From NCBI GenBank assembly GCA_040954595.2, contig CM082578.2:5937519-6001518 (forward strand): a DNA stretch of 64,000 nt. The letters run 5' to 3'. This DNA is from Balanoglossus misakiensis (taxonomy: Eukaryota > Animalia > Hemichordata). The notes beneath the pieces are model-generated. The model ran no database searches and was not told where the DNA came from. It saw only the letters and a list, made by a program, of their open reading frames with translations. The stretch's first letter is position 1. The number at the start of each line of letters is the position of its first letter. The translations under genes were made by a program, and so were the position numbers. This document shows positions 56,276 through 64,000 of the stretch, in pieces.

Positions 56276-57203
56276 CTACTCGGCAGTGTGTATACTAAAG
56301 TCTAGGTATACATTGGCTCGGTTAATCACTAGCCACTTGGTCGGCTTTAGTTTACTAATATTTAATTTCGAGCTAATTGATATCCATGACAAGCGAAAGT
56401 TGAAACACCTCAGATAATAATAGTCGACTTTTAACCAATTTTGATACACTCTGTGACCTGCAGTTATTATATCTTAATATTAATATCCTTGTAAAGAAGG
56501 GGGAATTTGAAATCATTAATTAGCGCTGGCGTGAAATTTCACCGAGACAACAACGAAAGTGGCGAATTTTGGATTGAATAATTTAGAACGAACATCAAAT
56601 GTTTAATTCTTCGCAGCAGCGCCTTTTGATTATTTCGATAATAGTTTCTGGAGCCTGTAGGTGGGACTTGTTCCGGTTGGTCATTCTTGAAATAAAATGA
56701 AAATAAGTTCGACACAAACGCGCTTGTCAACATTCTCAGCCCCCGGCGTGTCGCGCATGCACGTTTTTGATGAAAACGGAGTCGACAATGAATATGAGTA
56801 GCTGATGGTTATTTGTCGTAATTACAGCAAGATGATTTCAAGTGGAGGCCGTCTCAAAGACGACAAGAAAAATAGTAAACTAAATAAGTAATGCACGTAA
56901 TTGTGTGTAGTTCGCACGCCTCACTTGAAATGAACAGTGAGCGTCAACTGATGCGTGAGACCAAAGACGTTTACCTGCAAGGTCCGACTATCACCAATTA
57001 CAAAATACATATAGGACCTCAAAGCTGGGAAATGCCCATAAATATATTAATGCGGAAGTGCTCATTGCATAAAAGTCAACCCAGAAGTGAGTGCGACATT
57101 CTGTTTCCGGTTCTTTCAAGTTTGTCTGTGCGTCCACGAAACTTGTCGCGCCACCACACCAACAAGAATGTCATTTTGTTATCTAGTCATTGAACAAAAG
57201 GTT

Positions 57204-57385
57204 TGGGTGGGTGGGTGGGTTTGGGTGGGTGGGTGTGTGGGTGAGTGAGTGAGTGAGTGAGTGAGTGAGTGAGTGAGTGAGTGAGTGAGTGAGTGAGTGA
57301 GTGAGTGACTGACTGACTGACTGACTGACTGAATGACTGACTGACTGACTGACTGACTGAATGACTGACTGACTGACTGACTGAC
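57204..57385. repeat. Compound microsatellite (GGGT)n(GAGT)n(GACT)n
   Basis: Read directly. Confidence 0.97.
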
Positions 57386-58505
57386 AATGAACCACTAATA
57401 TGATAAATAAATGTCATAATTATTCTTGCAACGAATATAATGAAAGAATATATAAAATAAAATGAATACAAAGAAATATATGCTTGTATTATATACACCA
57501 AGATGTTTGCACATATGCAAATGAATGTATACAAGGAATATAGGGCAGATATCTGACTAATCTTTATCGTTCGTAAAAGCTGTTTTGTCTCTTAACTGTC
57601 TGCATAGAAGGTTTAATTTACGCTGTGATCCCGAAGATTTCACGATAAACTTATTTGGTAGGACGACTACAACACTAAGCTTAACAGCCGTCATAGCAAG
57701 CAAACACGCAACGATGAAGTTTTCCTAGCTAGTTTCCGGGTTCCTGAAACGTGTATATAATTCGAAATTTACAGCAGGAGCAATGAAATAGTGAGCGAGG
57801 CGCCACCAGGTTGCAGAGTTCTGGAGCCACAGATGTTTTCCCGTCTTGGAACGTTGACCATTGCGCTTGCCTGTGTGCGCATTCACGTTATGGGAACATT
57901 GTATGCAGATGCCCTTCGATGGCGTGGGTAACCCCTCATGTCTGAAAGAGTCGAAAACTTGCCGATTTCATATCAGTCCGCTTCGCACTAGCATTTTTAT
58001 ATCACAGTTGCCAGTAATTTGTTAATGTCAATTGTTTGTCCGGTAAAGAGGCTCTATGCCGAAACTTTCTCAATCACCATTTGATAGGTTTGATATGGGC
58101 GGAGAAATCTTCGGGGGAGGGGGTAATGTTTCCAGCGGTAACTGTCCTAGAACATGATGAGGAAAGCCACGAATGTGTCTTACAAATGACATCTCCGACG
58201 TCGTGTCTTTAACTTTGTCCAGGCAGGCAGATAGATTCCAGCATAGCTGCACATTTGTCGGGAGAACGTGCTATTGAATGATTGAATTTGTATTAAAACG
58301 CCCACGAAATTGTCATACTTGGGTGAAGGCAAAGAGAAGTACTCCTACGGTTAAGCGGTTAGTCTTGTTGCGGCAGAGTGACTTCGCTGGTTGTTATGCG
58401 ATGATGTTTGGAAAACAGCATATCAGTAAATATTTAAAACATTATTATTACGTGTCACATGACCAGGGTAAATTTAAACTAAGATTTGATAAGGTTTAAT
58501 TTTAA

Positions 58506-58679
58506 AGGTATACATTACAGCCACCTCTGATTTACATATGCCCATTTACAGTTTAAAGGGCATGTATAAGTCTTCGACCGACCATGTGGCGGCGCACTTT
58601 TTTCGAGTTGCCAACCCGTGAAAATCTATAAAGATGCCGCGGTAACTGTGGCTAAGTCTGCTAAAGTGGCCGTGTACCT
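58506..58679. mobile_element. Diverged copy of the 21442-21615 MITE family
   Basis: TTAA-AGGTATAC...GTGGCCGTGTACCT, with shared TTTACATATGCCCAT and GGTAACTGTGGCTAA. Confidence 0.6.
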
Positions 58680-61600
58680 GTGAATCGAGGGCTGCAGAAA
58701 CGGGATTGACGTCATCGTACATTGGTTTTCTCGGTATTTGTGTACATGTATTTCGTTTTGTGAATCATCTATGGCCCATTTTCCTACTCCCAAAAGCATA
58801 TCGGAATGCCCATCAGATGGCTTTTACACGAACCTGCTTGTAGGCTGTGAATAATCTGCTTTGCTATATTGTTGACAGTTTAATTTTATATAGTCCGGCC
58901 TTTGAAAGTCAACTAACAATACCGGGTATGACGACATACCTCGTGATGTGGACCAATAAGAAACTGGAGTCTATATGCGGACATATGTTCTGTTAAAAAC
59001 AATAGCATGCAGTTAGATGTAAGGTGTGAAATGCTGTGTTGATATCAAGCTTACAGAAATAAGACATCCTTGATCACACGCAATGTATATTACCCTTTAG
59101 TTTATACGAACCCGCATCCGTCAAAATTATGCAGTGTGCCCGCCAGCACCATTTTCTCAATCGTGAACTTGAATTTCTGATTAAGGGAAACATCTCACGC
59201 AAGTACACGGGCATTGATTTCAAAATGGTTGATTACGGTGCATTAAATGTGCTCTATAGTCTTACTAGTATTACTGGGCACTACATGTACGTGTACGCCT
59301 TCTATCGGTGTTTCCATTCTGTCATCTTGAATTGGCAAGCGTCGTCTTGGAGCCCTGACTCTATCTCCGGCCTTTGTCACCGACAACTTTCACGTGACAT
59401 CATGCCAGATTCCTCCAATAACATGTTTTCCCTGAATTTTGTTCAGAGTGAATAATATCATACAGAGTGGAAAAAAACGTCAAAATTCATAACACTGCTT
59501 TTATCAAGCAAAAATCAGATTTATAAAAAACTATCGAATCGATCAAGAATTCCTATGCTGAATACGATTTGTTATTCGCCGCCGACAGTAATCCCGGGAA
59601 AGTATTTTTTCTTTTCCGCCTTGTGGCACGATATTTTTGTCGGTTTCGTGCCTGGGTGTATGTGTTCATTTCTATCGACGCGGGTTCCTATTGGCCAACG
59701 GAGCACAATGGCTGCAGTCGTCGCCATCCTCTTTCGCGCTTAATCAAATCCGGTTTCTGAAGAAGAAGAAGAAAAAACCCGGATCAAGAAGCCAAACACC
59801 GTGCCTTCACAATCGGTTGAAAAACAACCTTTGAAGTCACTATGTTTTTTTTCGCTTTGTCTGGCTCCAACCTTTTACCCAAGTGTCGCTTGTACTCTCA
59901 CTGTCTTTCTATCGATAACAGCTGACATGGCTCCCCTTTTCTGTTTTCACAGGCTGCCGTTTTTTTTTTCTCTCTCTCTCTCCATCATCAAAGAAGACGA
60001 CCCACTGCTGAGGGAGCAACCGCTGTATGCCCACTTTACACCGACACAGCACTTGGTTGCGTCGGCGCTGCTTATGGCGGGATTACGAAACGACCTCGCC
60101 TTTGAATGGCTAGATAATAGCAGAGTGAGGGATTATTTCACTCGGGCAGATAAGAAGACGAACCGAAGTCTCCGTCGGACAATGCGCCGTTATCATGCAA
60201 CTGATGTTAGGAGCATTTTAGTCTGATTGATAATATCATCTTTCATGGCACTGAGGCCTTTGCCAAAAGAAAGACTTATCACAATTTGGGAATTCGCCTT
60301 GTTTGGCCGGAGGCCGTTCATACAAAATTGATCATCGCTCGTCCGTACAATAGACTCCACATAAATGTACCATGATGAGAACATATGCCCCTGACGAGCT
60401 TATAATATTCGGGGCAGGCTCGCCATTGCATCAATTAGTTTTACTCCCTTGATATTTGTATTTTTTGTCCATCTGCTATTTTCGCCACGGGACCCCTCCG
60501 GAAATCGGGTCGCGGACCGACATCTAGCGACCGAAGTGACGCACACGTCATAAACTGGGGACCTTCCAATGACCCATTCGTGCACGGGAAAACTTGATGG
60601 GGAAAAGTTGGGGATTGAACCGCACGGAACAAGTCTCGGGGAACTTGAAGGGGAGTGTGGTCGACAACGGCACTTGTCGCGACGAGAACAATACAGCACA
60701 ACTTATATCGCGTTATCGGCAGTTTCTCTAATGAACAGTCTCCGGGGACACTGTAGTCTCGTTTAGCGCATCATTGAACCCAAAAAGCAGAATTTGCGGC
60801 ATTTTTATTTTACAATTTTTACTGTTTTTTCGTCTTGTTAACGAGAAAAAATCAGCCGCCAAGAGCTGCGGGGATGACTGCTTGCTTGGTGTGACAGAAC
60901 AGCCTCGCTGACCAAGATGCACTTATTTCATGCCCTTAGAAACAGGCGGTAACTGCCCAGTGAGACCCAGCCATCGCTTGATCAACTAAACCTGCAGAAG
61001 CATTTTGATAGGTCGATTTTTACAAGCGACAGTAACTGTTACTTATGATCAGGACGCCGCCAAAAACATGCATGTCAAACGTATAGTTAACCACGCTTTG
61101 TTTTTGTTTTTTCCGTGGTTAGTTTAATCAGAAGTACGCTTATATATGTATTTTTAATTTCATTGGTTTATACCTATTAAGTAAACTTCAGATGGTTATC
61201 ATTGTGTCGATTCTAGATTATTAATCAACTAAATGGTTCGGCATTTAAACTTGATCGACCCAAAGGGGTTTTTGAGGTATTTTCGGTCGGACCACCACCT
61301 GCTCGTTGTCATGTACATGTATATACATGTCAAAGCATCAACGCCAGGAACCATAGCGCAAATCCTGCCACACTCGATTACGCCTCTTGGCTATTGGGTG
61401 AGAACGACAGTTAGTAAGAAAAACCCCTGGTGGAACTTGTGTCCTAAATGTGTACGTGGCAACTTTCTTTTTCTTGGGTGTCTGCTTTTTAAACGCACCC
61501 ATGCCCGCAGGGTGGCTCATTTGCAGTCCGTCTGACATTTCACACAACTCGTCTTTAAATGGCATAGTATCACAACTTTCAGAAAGGTGTATATACCGTA

Positions 61601-62213
61601 GTTCTTTCACGGCATAGACCAACAATGCTGTTAGTGGCGATCACTTCCTTCACTGTCGGCAACAATCCGCCAACGACACGAAGCAATTTCATTAGTCGCC
61701 TTTTAACGGAGCTTTCACCAGAGAGAACTGTTTTCTGTTTAAACGCATTTGCTAAATTGTTCTGTAACCCTCCCCACCGGCGAAATCAGTCAAGATAGGC
61801 GATATCACTGTTTGATCAGGTTGTAGGGGAAAATGACAAATTGTTCGCGGGTCCCTCCGGCGCTATCAATGGCAACAGACTTCAGAAATGTAGTGAAGTT
61901 TACTCAGTTTACCCTCCGGCCCGTGATTGATATGACCTTCAATAATTTCCAAATTGGCGCGTGGTGATACCCCCATGTACGTGCCAAGTGTTGAATATTT
62001 GATGGCGTCTATATACAGCGAGCGGGACTTTTCATTTGTAAATTGTTTCGACGGAATGAGACAATTGGTTACGTAGCAAAGAGTTTGGCGTGGCCGTGTT
62101 GGAAACCAGGCATGGACGACTGGAACTCTCGTGTGTGGAAATATGGATTCTCTGACGTCATCAACAGACTCGACAACAATGCTCGTTGCTTTTCACGTTG
62201 CCGTACATGTACA

Positions 62214-62214
<1 letters not shown>

Positions 62215-62302
<88 letters not shown>

Positions 62303-62384
62303 TAACATCTGCATTTCTATACTTGTAACCTTCGGCCCCAAATTGCTTTCTTAATCTCCCCCCTCTCTCTCCCTCCCTCTCTCT

Positions 62385-62451
<67 letters not shown>

Positions 62452-62457
62452 TCTCTC
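62215..62457. repeat. (CAT)n and (CT)n microsatellites
   Basis: Read directly. Confidence 0.97.
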
Positions 62458-63695
62458 GCTTGTAGTTTTCGCAGTGTAGCAGTCATGTACATATTTATTG
62501 ACCTATTTACTTACTTACTTATTTAGTTATCTAGTCTCTATCTATACATCTATCTATGTGTCTATTGAGATAAATTCAGTTATAATGTCAAATATAATCG
62601 ACGTCTTCCAATTCATCAATATTTGCAGGTTCAGATGGAGATACATAAAACAAGATAGCATAAGCAAGAACAATGCAACCTATCTATATGATGATATACA
62701 CGAAAGGAACTGTAACAGAGAACCTGACATTGTAAGCATCTAAACCGATTCAAATGCACATACTTCAACTGCCATTAAAATTGTAAAATATGGAAAGGTC
62801 AACATCGCAAGCATAACAGCGACATTGATCGTGACGTCGAGACATTCAATTTGAAAATGTACACATGCACCTAGATACAGACTTGAAAAACGACGTTCCA
62901 TATACAGGTGTGTGAATTTTAATGAACAACAAAGGTAACATAGATATTTGACAACGTTTTCTCAACCTATGCTATAGTATTAGGGAAGCAGTTTTGACTT
63001 TTTCTTATAGATTGCCAGATCTGACAGATTGTTGACCCTTATAAACGATGTTTCCCGTCTTCCTCTGTCGAGCGTAGCTCTATGTTTAGGCTACCGTACA
63101 AAAAAAAGTGAAACTGACATGATTATTATTTAACAAGCACTCGGTGGCCTGTTATCAAAGTTAAGTTAATCTATGCCAGGGCGGCTGACGTGGGCAGATA
63201 GTATAAAACGCATCACAATCGCTGTGTCGTGATTTCAGTACTCCGGCAGGCAATTTTGTCATATTAAAGCATTAGTCACGCCCAATTGAAAGACATCATC
63301 GTCAAAACCGACTGCAACAAAATGCACCAGTACAATAAGGCCAATCAAAGGGCCTTCGGAAGATATAAAGTATATGACATGCAGTGAGATGATGCTGTGG
63401 ACGAGCTTCGCCGTTCTCAGATTGTTGGACAGTGTGCACAGTCACTAGCAATTTTTTTCTGTCGATGTTTGTTACAGAATCCAAAGTTTGTGCGAGCAAC
63501 AAGCTTCAACTTTTGATATTCTGTATTCCGTATGCATTATCTGTATAGTTCTCGTTTGAGTCCATAAAGCGCGGCGAAATACCTGGTAATAATTTCTAAA
63601 CGTAACACAGCCCACGGGTACGGGAATAATTGTTGAAAACGAAATTTGAATTGATTTCAATCATCAACAATAAGGGTGGAAGTCACATATGTACG

Positions 63696-63842
63696 TATGT
63701 ATGTATTTATGTATGTATGTATGTATGGATGGATGGATGGATGGATGGATGGACGGATGTATACATTTGTTTGTTTGTTTGTTTGTTCGTTTTTTTGTCT
63801 TTCTTCGTCTGTTAGTTGGTTCGCTTGTTTGCTTGTTTTTTT

Positions 63843-63926
<84 letters not shown>

Positions 63927-63948
63927 TGGTGCCTGTCTGTCTGCCTGC
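63696..63948. repeat. Compound microsatellite (TATG)(GATG)(TTTG)(TTTC)(CTGT)
   Basis: Read directly. Confidence 0.95.
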
Positions 63949-64000
63949 ATGCACGCATGGTATCGACGACGACACGTATTCCGCTGCACAGATGTTCCGT

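Noticed and set aside
55455-56417. 320-aa MYVC-repeat ORF and similar ORFs (3116, 43199, 46486, 48828, 62043, 63657)
   Set aside because: They are translations of microsatellites with no protein-like complexity.
59801-60226. 141-aa ORF with a polypyrimidine tract and AG near 59993 (possible exon)
   Set aside because: No recognisable domain and no partner exons found.

Overview
Eukaryotic, intron-containing animal DNA. Gene and repeat content suggest a marine invertebrate deuterostome such as a hemichordate (inference). Bases 1-41 kb hold seven genes whose exons I rebuilt by hand with GT-AG boundaries and consistent phases: a secreted pentraxin-domain protein (+), an NXPE-family SGNH/GDSL protein (-), an AKR1-like aldo-keto reductase (-), an LRR-Ig-TM receptor with a single coding exon (+), an O-fucosyltransferase-like GT-B protein (-) whose candidate first exon has an in-frame TAG, CHCHD3/MIC19 (-) and GEMIN2 (+), the last two head-to-head. 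Bases 10-1136 are a truncated, frameshifted duplicate of part of the NXPE gene carrying a MITE that the intact copy lacks. The window has many non-autonomous DNA transposons (TTAA-target Kolobok-like, 9-bp-TSD, TA- and TTA-target MITEs, a HINE-like element). Bases 42-64 kb show no recognisable coding exon and contain many compound microsatellites. I found no CRISPR array, rRNA, tRNA or autonomous transposase, and no clear new multi-gene system. The best leads are listed under findings.
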